DNA of 64,000 nt from Isurus oxyrinchus (lineage: Eukaryota). The stretch covers positions 1,674,001-1,738,000 of the forward strand of contig JANJGN010000042.1 in the NCBI GenBank assembly GCA_026770705.1. Direction: 5' to 3'. The translations under genes were made by a program, and so were the position numbers. This document shows, piece after piece, positions 38,996 through 51,548 of this stretch (position 1 is the stretch's first letter; each line of letters opens with the position of its first letter). The notes under the pieces are model-generated. The model ran no database searches. It was given only the letters and a program-made list of their open reading frames with translations, and was not told the origin of the DNA.

Positions 38996-39374
38996 CATTT
39001 ATCACCACAGGGATTTCGTTCTACCTGCTTCATCGTTTCGTCAGACGATACTTCAGAGCCTCCCGATCACGGGAATAACAGCAGAAGTTTCTCTTCATAT
39101 CCCACTATCTTCCAATGTTTTCCTTCTGAAACAGAGCCACTTTTATCTAATGCCCCAGAGTTCAGGCACGAGGTTCCTTGTTGTTGAATATAGGAAGGGT
39201 TCGGCAGAGAAAAATTACCAACACATCTTCAAGACTCGGAATGATATTTATGAATGAGTGAAGTTAATGCTTAAACCCTTTCTCTCTCCCAATCTCTCTC
39301 CCTTCCTCTACTGCAATGGCATTCAGGGCATCTGAATCAACAACAGAAAAGGTTCCAAAAACTCAAAGGTTCTT

Positions 39375-39580
39375 AAAGCATCTGTGGAGAAAAATATAGA
39401 GTTAACATTTTGAGCCTGCATGATTCTACTTCAGAGTCTTCTTATCTAAATAAAAGTCGGACAGACTCGAAACGTTAATCCCATCTTTCTCTCCAAAGGT
39501 GCTGTTGGACTTGCTGTGTTTTTCCAGCATTTTCTGTTTTAGTTTTAGATTTCCAGAAACTGAAGCAATATTTTGCTTTT
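39375..39580. repeat. Second inverted pair of the same terminal family
   Basis: AGCATCTGTGGAGA...GTTAACATTTTGAGCC versus GACTCGAAACGTTAAT...TCTCTCCAAAGGTGCT. Confidence 0.75.
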
Positions 39581-39629
39581 TCCATTCAGGACTTCCCTCG
39601 TCTGGTGGCTGCATTTTTCTTTCACCGCT

Positions 39630-40066
39630 GCCATTGCACATGGGATTGGGGTTGGTGTATTGAGATGGATAGAAAATTGGTTGTCAGACAGGAAATAAAG
39701 AGTAAGAAGAAACTGTTCTTTTTCTGAATGGCAGGCAGTGACTAGTGGGCTACTGCAGTGATCGGTGCTGGGACTACAGCTATTCACAATATATATTAAT
39801 CAATTAGATGCGGGAGCTAAATGTAATATCTCCAAATTTGCAGATGACACAAAGCTGGGTGGGAGGGTGAGCACTGAGGAGGATGCAGACATGCTTCAGT
39901 GTAATTTGGACAAGCTGAGTGAGTAGGCAAATGCATGGCAGATGCAATATAACGTGGATTATTGTGGGGTTATCCGTTTTGGTAGCAAAAACAGTAAGGC
40001 GGATTATTTTCTGAATGACTATAAATTGAGAGAGGGGAATGTGCAACCGGACCTGGGTGTCCTTGT
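39630..40066 (+). mobile_element. CR1 LINE reverse transcriptase fragment
   Basis: HGIG...LRWIENWLSDRK, ISKFADDTKLGG and WQMQYNV encoded with stops. Confidence 0.9.
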
Positions 40067-40299
40067 TGTTTCAGCAGAATGGATGTGTGAGTGAATCACT
40101 TGTAGCCACCGGAGCAACTGAACAACTGCTTCCCAGTGGGAACAGACAATTAGAGTTTCGGCGGATCCATTCTTTCTTCTGTTGTTCGTCCAGTGCTGTA
40201 AACATCATCCCAGGCATTTTCTGCTATGCCCCCGCCCCCTCCACACCGACAGGGAGATCCTGGTGTATTGGTAATGTCACAATGCGGATAAGCTAAAAA

Positions 40300-40650
40300 G
40301 ACTGAAGAAATGTTCAAACCCCGTTACAGCAACTGGTTGAATTTCCGTCAGAAAATCAGGAGTTGAAACCCTCTCACGAATGGGGATGATTTCGGTCTAA
40401 ATATGAAATCTCCGGTAATCTGCAAGAATTCCCCATATTCTGGCGGCTCCACGTGATTCCATACTCACAGCAATGTGGCTGGTCCTGAAATAGTCTGGAC
40501 ACCGTGAGTTATATCAAACCGCTGCAGACAAGCCAAACCAGATGGAGCACTTCTCTTCAAGAACGTCCCCACCAACATCTTCCCCAGGGAAATGAGGGAT
40601 GGCAATAAACACTGGCTTTGTCCACAATGCTCCCTTCAAATAAACAATGC
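40300..40650 (+). mobile_element. SINE remnant
   Basis: CACAGCAATGTGG and the 3' end GGGAAATGAGGGATGGCAATAAACACTGGC. Confidence 0.5.
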
Positions 40651-40669
40651 AAAAAAAATCCAAACCTAT

Positions 40670-41700
40670 TGCATGGAAACAGAGGAACAGGAGAATGCCA
40701 TTCAGCCCATCGAACCTGTCCCACCTTTCATTGTGATCATGGATGACCTTCTACTTCAACATCTTTTTCCCGCACTATCCCCATACCTTTTATATCTTTG
40801 GTATTTAGAAATCTGCCATCATCTGCTTTAAACAAAATCAATGATAGAACTTCCACAGCTCTCTGGGATGCAGAATTCCAAAGGTTCGCAAACTTCTGAG
40901 TAAAAAAGCAATTCTCCTCATGTCAGTCGTAGTGGCTTTCCACTTATTTTGAAATTGTGTCCCCTGGTTCTAGAATCCCAAACCAGGGGAAACATCTGAC
41001 CTGCATTTACAATTACTTCCATTCAGGTGTTTTGTTTGTGTTAATGAGATATGTTTGCTCATTTTTCGAAACTCTAGAGAATACAGATCCAGTGTCCCCA
41101 ATCCTTCTTCACAGGATAGTCACGCCATCCCTGAGGCAAGTCTGGTGAGCCTTCGATTCACTCCCTCAATGACAATTACAGCCTTCCGAAGGTAAGGGGG
41201 CCACACCTGCACATTGTACCCCAGGGGTGGCCTAACCAAGATTATATACAAAGGAAACGAGACTTCGCTGCTGTATCCAAATCCTCTTGTGATAAAGACT
41301 GACATTCCATTCGCCTTCCTAAGTGCTTCATATGTATGTGAGGTTTCAGAGACTTATTGATGGGGGCACCCAGGTCCCCTTGCACAGCTACATTTTCTCG
41401 GATCTCACGTTTTATGAAATAATCTGCACATCTGTTGATCTTACCAAACTGGTTAACCTCACATTCTTCCAGGTTAAATTTAATCTTTTCTGTTCTATCC
41501 CCATCACTAAGTCAGTCCAAATCGCCTTGAAACTGCTTTTCACCTTCCTCACAACACACGTTCCCATCAAGTTTTGTGTCATCCTCGAACTTGGAAATAT
41601 TACATTTGACGCACACATCCAAATCATTGATATGTTGTGAACAGCTGGCTCTCAAGTGGTGTTCCTTGCAGTACCCACTGGTCACATGCTGACAAAGTTT
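40670..41700 (-). mobile_element. CR1 LINE, 5'-truncated
   Basis: LY..LVRPPL.Y.VQ.W.PYLRK motif. CR1 3' region GCCATTCAGCCCATCGAACCTG at ~40700. Confidence 0.85.
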
Positions 41701-42588
41701 GATATTTCACTCTAAACACCTCCCCCCACCCCAGCACCACAAACCCCACAACAAAAAAAACCCCACTTAGGCCGCCAGCCCCCCTCACCCCACACCTCAC
41801 ACTTTGAAATGACATGCTTCAGTTACTGCTGCAGCAGGAGGAAGCCTTTGGATCTCCTAGAGTGTCACAACACTGATGGAAGCCCTTGAAGCATTCGTCT
41901 GTTTCTCGCTACACAAAGGTAGCGAGGGCTGCTGATTATTCCCAGCCTTTCTGTTTTTTTTTCAGATCCGAGCACATTGGCCCCCCCTCTCTCTCCTCTC
42001 CTGAACATCCTTTTTCAGGCTGGGTTCAGAGTGACATTTGAATTGACGAATTTCACTGGAACATAACTTATGCATTGGAAAAACACCATTATTTGAAACG
42101 AGGAGACTTGCCGCTCCGAGGTTCTGTAACTGTTCAGCTCTAATAACACTGGAATAAAATCACAGAAAGAATTTGAAAAGCTAAAATCACTGACCTTCGA
42201 ACCTCTAGAAACCACCCTCCTATCTGCAGATTGGTCCGAAATGTTTTGAACAAGGTTTCCCTGTGATACTGCAGCATGTCCGCCCATGGACTGTAACCTG
42301 CCTGAGTGGCCTTTTCCTCCAAAACCCCTTTGCGTAATGACATGAAACTCGAGCCTGGTGGGTGGGAATTTCACACACCATGCCCAAGGACAACAGGAGA
42401 GTTGGAATAGCCTGAAAACCAGCAGGACAAACAGGACTGAGGTAAATTACTTCCCAAATGCACCGTTTCTGTTAGTCATTGAATCCTGGCGGTGAAAGAT
42501 GAAAACTGGCCTCACCCTGTGCTCATCACCGAGGTGAAGAGATTGGGAATAAAACAGGGTCAACTCGTGTTGATAATGGATATTCTTG

Positions 42589-43485
42589 TCACTGTTTAAT
42601 AAATTTAGCAATTACAGAAAAGGGATATTTCACCACATTCTTCAATTGCTGAATTGAGTCTGGGTCACTGCATAAATGGCCGTGTTAGTGCAACAACTCA
42701 GGAGCTGAAATATAAATCCCAGTTCCTGCACAAACCTAGTAAAGTATACAGGAATAGCATCTAACAAATATGGCCTATTACAAACAAAATGTATCATAAA
42801 ACTACCCACAACAGGATAAAATTCCCCGATAAAGCAAACAGTAAAATGATGGATTTCCTGCGTTTTTCCATCTGTGGGTCCCTGGGTCTCTCCCCACTGC
42901 AGTGAGCCCAGAGTCTCCTGCGGCCTCTGCTCAACACTAAAATATATCTGACAGTTAAAGCGTTCAACATCAAAATCAAAACAAATGGCGCAAATGGTGT
43001 TAAAATATAATGAAGACATTCGATTGATGCCCACATTGATGAGAATTCAGCATCCGTCACTAATGTGCAAAACCAAGGAGCATTGGAAAGTGAATATTGA
43101 CCTACATACATAAAGTACCAGAATGTGTCCTTCACACAGAATAGCAGACTGACTGTTCCGAGAACCACAGCCGCTGTATGCTCGGTGCAATATTTTGTTT
43201 TCAACTTCTGGGAACAAATAGCCAGAAATCTATCAAAGGTGAAAGAGACTGTGAACCAGACAGAACAATCTGTGGCTGCATAAAGCAGGACTACATGGAT
43301 ATTATACACTTTAAACCTCGACAAGAACTGAAACTGAGCCCAGTAAAGAATAGCAATTTGTCTGAATATGAGATCAAGGATAACGACCAGTAGATCCGCG
43401 GTTGCCATGGACACCAGGTAAAGGGAAAGACATTTTGAGAGACCGCACCTTCCCGGAGACAGGGTCACAATAGTCAGTATGTTCA
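42589..43485 (-). pseudogene. GPR139-like GPCR copy 4, exon 2 (two frameshifts)
   Basis: Acceptor ccttacag|TGAAC. Motifs MATADLLV, FTFDRFLAIC and NTAIY. A 1-nt loss in a T-run at ~42798-42801 and a ~4-nt loss at ~42650. Repairing both gives ...QF(RE)QLKNVVKYPFSVIAKFIKQ* ending at 42589. Confidence 0.88.
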
Positions 43486-44189
43486 CTGTAAGGAAGAGAA
43501 AGGCATGATAGTTATTGTTTAACTTAGAGCAACGGTTACAGACTGATGGAGTGACATTTGAACAGAGTTATCCAAGGGCAGAATCTAATTACTTTACCAG
43601 TGTTTGAGCTTTACGCTGGAGGGAGTGTTTCGAGTTAAACACCATCCTGTTGTAGCAGGAAACCAAATCCTGCAGCAGGTCCCATCGCCACTTCCCTAAA
43701 TTATTCATGGAATTCGGAGTGAAAATCACTCACCCCATTACTAGTCCTGCTCAATATCCCATGAACATGCTCCAAACTGCATCAGAACGATCTGTAAGAT
43801 GGGCTGTGATTTGTACTGAAGGAAAATTGTTCATTTATTTTTGAGAAGACATTTGAGTGGAACATTAAGGTTGTGTAAAGAAGTAAATACAGATTTGATT
43901 TCAGAAATTGTATTTCAAATTAGGATGTCCAAATGTGCCTTCCTGATAATTATTGCCTTCGCCAAAAGGCACAATGAACGCTTAGACTTTATCCCAGTAA
44001 CAAATAGACTCTCGAAAAGAAATAAAGAACAGGGAGGTAAATGGATCGCTAGACTGAAGAAAATAAATTAGAGATTGAATCAGAGCTGGATATTGTCCAA
44101 AACGAAGGAACAGCAGAGAGTGGCAGCACCCAAACTTCAGGCTGGCAAGCAGGAGATAATTTACCAATGGATCGGATATCTGTGTTTTG

Positions 44190-44740
44190 GGCCAGGAATT
44201 AAATGGGCCAGTGGTTGGGAAATGAAGTTGTTACATAAGAATGCAAGAACTAGGAGCAAGAGCAAGCCATATTTCCCTTTGGTCAACTCTAATGTTCACT
44301 AAGCCCATGGCCGCTCTTCGACCTCTACTTTCCAAAACTATCCCCATTTATCTTAATGGCCTTAGAGCAGAAAGATCTACCGACCAACAGCCCTCGAGAG
44401 TTGATAATTCCGAAATTTCTCACTTGCTAAGAGAAGAAGATTCTCTTCATCTCAATTCCAAATGGCCGACATCTTATCTCAGGGATCGAGTTCTCGACTC
44501 CCCACCTAAGGGAAACATTCTCTCAGCATCCATGCTATGAGGACACTGAATGATTTTCTATGACACGATGCGATAATCACACATCCTCTAAATTTAAGAA
44601 AATGCATGTCAAATTTGATTGATTGATTAATTACTTAAGTATATTTTTCCTTAGGCCAGGAGGCCAAAACTGTACACATTAATCAATATGTTTTCTCACC
44701 AATCAAATGCATAATTCTATCAAAAGTTCCTTACTCGAAT
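44190..44740 (-). mobile_element. CR1 LINE 3' remnant (intronic)
   Basis: CATAAGAA...AAGAACTAGGAGCAAGAGCAAGCCAT tail and CCAAAACTGTACACA, similar to the other minus-strand CR1 ends. Confidence 0.6.
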
Positions 44741-44774
44741 ACAGGGAACACTGTCATTTATTATCCTATTCACT

Positions 44775-46025
44775 TGCTATATTGTTGTATCCTAACCTCA
44801 TTACAGCTTTGTTTCAAACATGGAAAAAAGAGCGGAACTCCCGGGGGAAGGTGAGAGCGGCTGCCCTTGACATCAAGGCAACATTTGGCAGAGTGTAGCA
44901 TCAAGGGCCCCTAGCAAACCTGGAGTCAATGGGAATCAGGGGGAAATCTCTGCTGCTTCTAACCATACCTAGCAGAAAGGAAGATGGTTGTGTTTGTTGG
45001 GGGTCGATCATCTCAGCTCTAGGATTTCACTGCAGCATTCCTTCAGGGTACTGTCCTCGGCCCAACCATCTTCAGCTGCTTCATCAATGACCTTCCTTCC
45101 ATCACACAGTCAGAAGTGGGATGTTCGCTACTGATTTCACAATGTTCAGCGCCATTAACGACTCCTCAGGTACTGAAGTAGCCCATGCTCAAATGCAGCA
45201 AGAGCTGGACAATTACCAGGCTTGCGCTGACATGTGGCAAGTATCTTGTGCACCGCTCAAGTGTCAGGCAATGACCATCTCCAACAAGGGAGAAACCAAC
45301 CATCGCTCTTTGTCATTCAATGGCATTAACATCACTGAATCCCCCACTATCAAATCCTGGGGTTTACCATTGACCAGAAACGGAACTGAACAGAAACGGA
45401 ACTGAACGAGCCATATAAATACTATGGCGACAAGAGCAGATCAGAGACAAGGAATAGTGCGACGTGTAACTCACCTCCTCACCGCCAAAGCCTGTCCACC
45501 ATCTGTAAGGCACAAGTCAGGAGTGTAGTGGAATGCTCCTCCCTTGCTTGGATGGGTGTAGCTCCCAGAACGCTCAAGAAGCTTGGCACCATTCAGGGCA
45601 ATGCACCTCGCTGGATTGGTAGCACATCCAAAAATATTTACACACTCCACCACTGTTGCATAGTAGCACCAGTGGGTGCCATCTACAAGATGCACTGCAG
45701 GAACTCATCAAGGCTCTTTCAGCTGCACGTTCAAACCCCGACCACTACCATCTAGAAGGAGAAGGGGAGCAGACAGATGTGAACGCCACCAAACGGAAGT
45801 TCCCCTTCAAGTCACTCACCATTTTGACTTGGAAATATATCGGCGTTCCTTCACTGTCGCTGGGCCAAAATCCTGGAATTCCCTTCAGAACAGCACTCTG
45901 GGTGTGCCTACACCCCGAAGACTGTAACAGTTCAAGAAGGCAGCTCAGCACCACATTCACAAGGGCAACTAGTGATGGGTAATAAATTCTGGCCCAGCCA
46001 ACGAAGCCCATTTCCCAAGAATGGA
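44775..46025 (+). mobile_element. CR1/L2-clade LINE, 5'-truncated (intronic)
   Basis: ALDIKATFGRV, QGTVLGPTIFSCFINDLP, MFATD (FADD) and YKAQVRSV.E motifs. 3' end GGGTAATAAATTCTGGCCCAGCCAACGAAGCCCA. Confidence 0.92.
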
Positions 46026-47779
46026 CAATAATAACACATATTGCATGTTCGCTTTCTCTAGATTGTGTACCCGAGCACACAAATTATGAAAATTTACAAT
46101 TTTTACCAGTTTCTCGCCTGTTTAAACGCTGGCTGAGGATAGAATGAAACTCGTCTGTGTTATTATCTCAGGGAATCTGAAGGTTCTGGTGCAATATTAA
46201 CACAGGGCTTTGATGCGTGTGTAAATTAATACGTGAGATAATTCATAAAATTAATGGTCCTGGCCTCCCATTTAGTGGCGATACTCGGATAATCAGTGCT
46301 GATTGTAAATGTAATTAAAGCCCTATCTTTTTCCACCCTTGCAGCTTGTTTTTCTTGCCTACGTAGCGGGGTGGGGGAGATGAGGTGTGCATGAGGTGCG
46401 TAGATGGCGGGTGGTCAGCAGTTGGGATTGGGATGGGTGAGTAGTTAACGTGCTTTGCAGTCGGTTGGGGGTTGAATGGACGGGCGATGACTAGTGAGAG
46501 CTGTGCAAGTGGATCGAGAGGAAGGCAATCGAGTCAGATTAGGTATTCTGGGGTCAGTAGTTGGGGGTGTTGTGGGTTGTTGTGTGTGAGATTAATGTGG
46601 GAGGTCTGTAGGTGGGGGTTGGGCGTGCATGGGCTTCGCTTGAAAGTTATTCACTGACACATGCTAGAAATTAATAGCGGGAAAATACTAGGGCAAGCAT
46701 CTGTCACACAACAGGCACAACAGTCCAAAACTGAAGTCAGTGTTGGAGTCATTGTTAGAGGGGCCTGGCCAATACAAATCTGCCCATCTGAAGTTTAAAG
46801 TTCATGGGAAATTACCATGCATGCTCCTGGATCAAGATTTCAGATGGGTCCTGATATGCAGAGCGGCAGACATTTCAATATTCACCACTGTTGGCATCAG
46901 GAGCTCCGGTTAATGATATAGTCAGTATTAAATTCACGGCAATGGACTCCAGACACCAGCTGCAGATAGAGGGAAATTACGCAAGAGCGCAATGGAGATC
47001 AGGTCAAAGAAGGCTGGCTTAGGGCGAATAACAATAAAGAACACATTTTAAGAATTATCTTAAAGGATGATAAGTTTGTAGCGAGGACAAAGGATTTAGG
47101 AGGAAATTCAGAACATGAAACTCTTAATATTTCATTGTGGTCACGCATGCCAAAGGCTGCAGACATGTCGAGAAAAGGGAAGAGAGGCAGCTCGACATTA
47201 GCAGAGTCACATAAGATATAATTTGTGCCTTTGCTAAGGACGGTGTAAGAGTTGTAATAAGGTAGAAAAATGGTTAGAAAGATTTAAGCATGGTGTCCCT
47301 GGAAGGTGGGGCAGAAACGTGGGGGGTAGCAGCAGGGACAAGGAATTTGTAGAGGAAAGAGAGGTTAAAGATGGAGGGTTTGCTTACAAGGACGGAGGCA
47401 TAAGGGGTTGTTTATTTACAAGGTCAGGGGTGATGACTACAGAATGGAGCGGCAGAAGAACAGTGGCTAAGCAGAAGGAACTATTAACTATATCACCAAC
47501 TGAGGGACATGATGAGGAAGTTCAGTGTTCAGCAGTTTGGTGGGAGTACGGTGAACCAGTCCCCACCACAGCCACCCCTCCGCCCACACCCTACACCATG
47601 CCTCCCACCAACCCAATCAAACGCCTGGAAATCTCACATCTGAAACATAATGGAACGCTCACTACTCATCAGTATGGTTATCAGAGCAACACCCAATAAG
47701 CAGAATCACCTTCAATAATGGAATAGATTTTCCATCAGTGTCCGTCCATCATTAAACTTGCTATTTCTCCACCTCCACC

Positions 47780-48095
47780 TCTGTGGATGCAGGAAGAATG
47801 TCTACAGAATCAACTACAACAACACACCGGGGCTACTTCGACAGCACGTACCAGCACAGCAAAATGCAGAAGGTGTGCAATGCCGTGAGATTCACCTTCT
47901 CTAACGCACCATCCTGACTTGGAACGGTAACCTCTCCCTTCATCAGCGTTCCGGAATTCCCTAACAGCAGGTAGGAGCACAGTCAGCAGAGGGAATACTT
48001 CAGCTCAGCAAGAAGACTCAGCACCAACTTCTCAGCTCACTTCCGGATGGGTAATAAATGGAAGTTTGTCACAAGCATCCATTTCCCAAGGACAC
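47780..48095 (+). mobile_element. Decayed 3' end of the same LINE family
   Basis: CACCATCCTGACTTGGAA, AAGAAGACTCAGCACCAACTTCTC and GATGGGTAATAAATG match 45815-45990. Confidence 0.7.
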
Positions 48096-48770
48096 ATTTT
48101 GAAAAAAAAACTTTGGGAGGGGGATAATGATTTGCAGCTCTAAACAACGTCATGCAGAGACAAGGGAAGTAAATTAAGTCTGTGGACAGAAATGAGAACG
48201 GAGCCAATTGTTGGTGAGGGGACCAAATATTGTTGAACAATTATTACATTTTAAATTCTCTCCTAAATATCTAAATTTGGTTATTGTTAGGCAAAGCGGG
48301 AGATGGTGGAATGGAATTTGCCTGGAGCTGAATTATTATGTGAGATCTTCCCGCGTTCCTGTCTGCCCTAATTTCCGCAGATCAGTGCAAATTACTATCT
48401 GCATCGCACTGCAAAACCAATACCTGCGCAACATATTCTGCTCAGATATTGGGGTTCAGTTTAAACAGCAGACTGCAGCTGTTCAATAGCTATAATTCAT
48501 CACTAATATTTATTGCATAAAATATTACACCAGCCAAATTCTGAAGAAAAAAATCACTTGAAGCACGTCTTGAGATATACAAACGGTCCAATGAACTGTG
48601 AACAGTGAATCAGCAACTGCTGAAATGCTACTTCACAGAAGCACAGGGCATTACATGTCACAGGACACAAGAATTACAGAGAATAAAATTAATTAACTCA
48701 CGTTAAGGGCAAGGACAACAAACATGGTGAAAGATGTTTTATAAAATAAGTTTCTAAAATAATCACTCAC

Positions 48771-48867
48771 CAGGAATGCCAACAGCAGCGAGGAGCGGAT
48801 AGTAAATCCTTTGCAAATCATAAATCACCCAGACAATCCGAAGTTCAGTTGGAATTTCAAAGAACAT
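48771..48867 (-). pseudogene. GPR139-like GPCR copy 4, exon 1 (MFFEIPTELRIVWVIYDLQRIYYPLLAAVGIP)
   Basis: 97 nt open exon with consensus donor CCTG|gtgagt. Phase 1 joins TG at 43485 to give GIP-V-NIL. 5.3 kb intron. TATAAA lies ~35 nt upstream (48901-48906). Confidence 0.88.
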
Positions 48868-49129
48868 GATCTCATTTGCTGTGAGATCCAATGATCGCTG
48901 TTTATACTGGCGACCACACTCTGTCAAACACTGATATACACATTGAAAACATTCCTAGATATAGGCGGAGGAGAGTCCTGGTGATTCAATTAAACAATAC
49001 ACTGGCTGGCATTAATTACAGTCACTTAACAAACAAGATGCCTTAACCCTTTCATCCCATCACTTTGTATGGAAAAAATATACTAAAAACTACATGGCAT
49101 TCCTGTCAAGATAATTTATTCAAGGCAAG

Positions 49130-49141
49130 CACGTGACGTCA
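49130..49141. promoter_or_regulatory. Overlapping E-box (CACGTG) and perfect CRE (TGACGTCA)
   Basis: CACGTGACGTCA ~265 bp upstream of the copy 4 ATG. Motif match only. Confidence 0.4.
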
Positions 49142-49419
49142 GCCACTTTTGTGATAAACAGGTTATGGAATTCTGCAGGCTTGCAGCACAGATAAGAAAA
49201 GAAAAACAGACTCAAATCCAGAGCTTTGATTATTCCGGAGAAAAAATGCTGCCAAACAATTTCATGGTTTCAATTAATTTCTCAGGGGATGAACACAAGT
49301 GCCAGAGTATGGTCAGAAGCAGTAACTGTCCAAAAGGATGCATAGTTGATCATTGTCTAGTGATCAGAAAGGGAAATTATAGACTGATGTTTTGAAACTG
49401 CTTGGTTTAACAGTAAACG

Positions 49420-49990
49420 TAAAACTGATGCTATGGATCAACAATTACCATGGAAATGATTTGAGAGTTTAACTTTAAAGCTGACCTGGAAAATGATGCC
49501 CCGTTGTAACTAAACCCTGTAATTGAAATCCATGGAATATTAGTGTCCATGTGAATGACACTACACAATCTAAAATGACTTTGTACCTGACACCACGGAC
49601 TTACAGTGACCATGCAACTAATACCTGGTCATACAGTGCTCATTTGAATTATGCATAGGTCCATCAGTGGGCTTCCTACAGATACTGTTGTCAAACGGTG
49701 ACCATGGGATTGAAATATGGTATCCTATTCGCCTTGTACCCGAAACTTCGCTGTAACTGATAATCGAGTACAACAGTGACGTTGTAACTGATATCCCGAT
49801 CTTACATTGACCATGTACATGACATTCCAGTCTATCAGTGCTATTCTAACTGATAATTCAGTCTAACAGTGGCTTTGTACCGGATACCCCAATTTGAACG
49901 TGAACATGTACCTGACGCCCCGGTCTAACTGTGACTTTGGAACTGGTATACCAGTTTAATAATAAATTTGTACCTGATACTGCGGTGAAA
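49420..49990. repeat. Degenerate ~30-31 bp minisatellite
   Basis: A unit resembling CAGTGACCATGTACCTGATATCCCGGTCTAA is repeated roughly 18 times. Confidence 0.8.
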
Positions 49991-50599
49991 AATTCACCTT
50001 CTGTTACCCATGGCTAGTGTCATAATTCAGCTGATTTTCAATCCAATTGTTAGTTTTAGGAATTAAAGAGTTAACTGTAGGCAGTGGGGATATCTGGTGG
50101 CAAAAACTGGTAAAAGCAGCCGTAAATTAAATGCAATTTAACCAACTTTGAAGTTTATTATTCTTAAAAGTTTGGAGCCATGTTGACTTAAGAGGCTCAC
50201 AGCTAAAATTACAAGATCATGATAATGTGGGCGCTTTTAATTAGCTAAGGACAAGGAGGCAGGACCTTTGAAGTTATTCCAGTAAATAAAAAGCTTGTTA
50301 CATAGCTTCCCAAGATTAAGGTAAGTTTTGGAGCTAACAGGTAGTTAAATTGCATTTCTAAGTGGTAACAGACCTTGTGTATCACCTGAGGATCGGTGAA
50401 GCTCAGTTGAGATTTTAGAACAAGGTGGAGTGAAGGAAACGTATTTGTCATCAGAATTCAGTTCAAATTCTGGGTGTTTGCTTAAAGAATTAAATCTTTT
50501 GTCATCTTCAGAGTTTTTTCAACGCTGATTTAAATATCTGGTTTGGCCAAGCTAAGGGAGCAGAGAAGGAATGATTTATAGATACAACCCTCCATAGTC

Positions 50600-51548
50600 G
50601 GAGATGATCACAGCAAGGGGAGCCCTGGCTGGAGGCCGCTACATCGCCAGAGACAGCGATGTTGAAAGGTGTGGGGGTCCTCTGCCAGTCCGTGGCCTCT
50701 CAATGTTGTTACGGGCTGCCTTCTCCTGAAAGCACAGAGGAGCATTCATTAGTCCACATCCAACATGCAGCGCCATTACAGCCTGGCGAAACCCAGCATT
50801 GGGGCGCCTTGCAGGCCACATCCATATCATGGCCGGTGATTCGCATGGCACTCAGTCAAAGCAGCCAAAGCTCAGCAACTTGGCCAGAGCCGGAGTGATT
50901 GACAGTTAGGACTCAGGTCCTGACACGCTGAACTGCATGGGGAGGGCGGCTAGATCAAAACAATTCCACACACTGACTGATGCCAACACAGCAATCACCT
51001 TTTCCGAGTGTAGCAGGTCAATCAAACGCCTCTGGCACTGCACCCAGGTGTGCATTATGGCTGTTCACCGAGGCTGCCACTTCCTCCCAATGCTTCTTTG
51101 TGAGGTTTGGAGGTGTCCTCCTTCCATCTCTTCGGACAAGGGTGTCCCTTCCAGCAGCCACGCCCTCCATGAGGTCAGCGAGGCACACCTCAGTAAAACT
51201 GGGGGCCGAATGCCCAAACAACATGCCCTCCCGCCTGGTGTTTGCTGCCGCACAGGAGTCTATCTTTGCAACAGCAGACAGACGTCATTCTCCAGCAGCC
51301 TTCCTGGGGCTGCCTGGGCCGTTTTCAAACTGGCGGCCGGATCACCATTGGACCCGGCGGCCGAGAGGCTCCCATTCCCGCTCGGCCCCTCCAACCTGTC
51401 ACCAGCTGAGTTTCACGCGGGGTGGCCCTTAATTGACCAGCCAGCGTGAAATCGCTTTCTGGCCCTGATCACGGGCTGGCAGTCGCGTTCTGGAAAGCTC
51501 CTGTCCACCTCTCTGTGCCCGCCCGATGAGGACAAAACTCCTCCCTTT
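50600..51548 (-). mobile_element. PIF/Harbinger-type DNA transposon remnant with Myb/SANT-like ORF
   Basis: GC-rich island. APSFTEVCLADLMEGVAAGRDTLVRRDGRRTPPNLTKKHWEEVAASVNS, then frameshifted TWVQCQRRLIDL. Subterminal palindrome at 51411-51451. Confidence 0.75.

Noticed and set aside
38622-39257. 211-aa ORF
   Set aside because: It runs through the palindromic repeat termini, shows no domain signature and is a chance open frame.
50937-51449. 150-170 aa plus-strand ORFs
   Set aside because: These are antisense shadows of the GC-rich Harbinger remnant.
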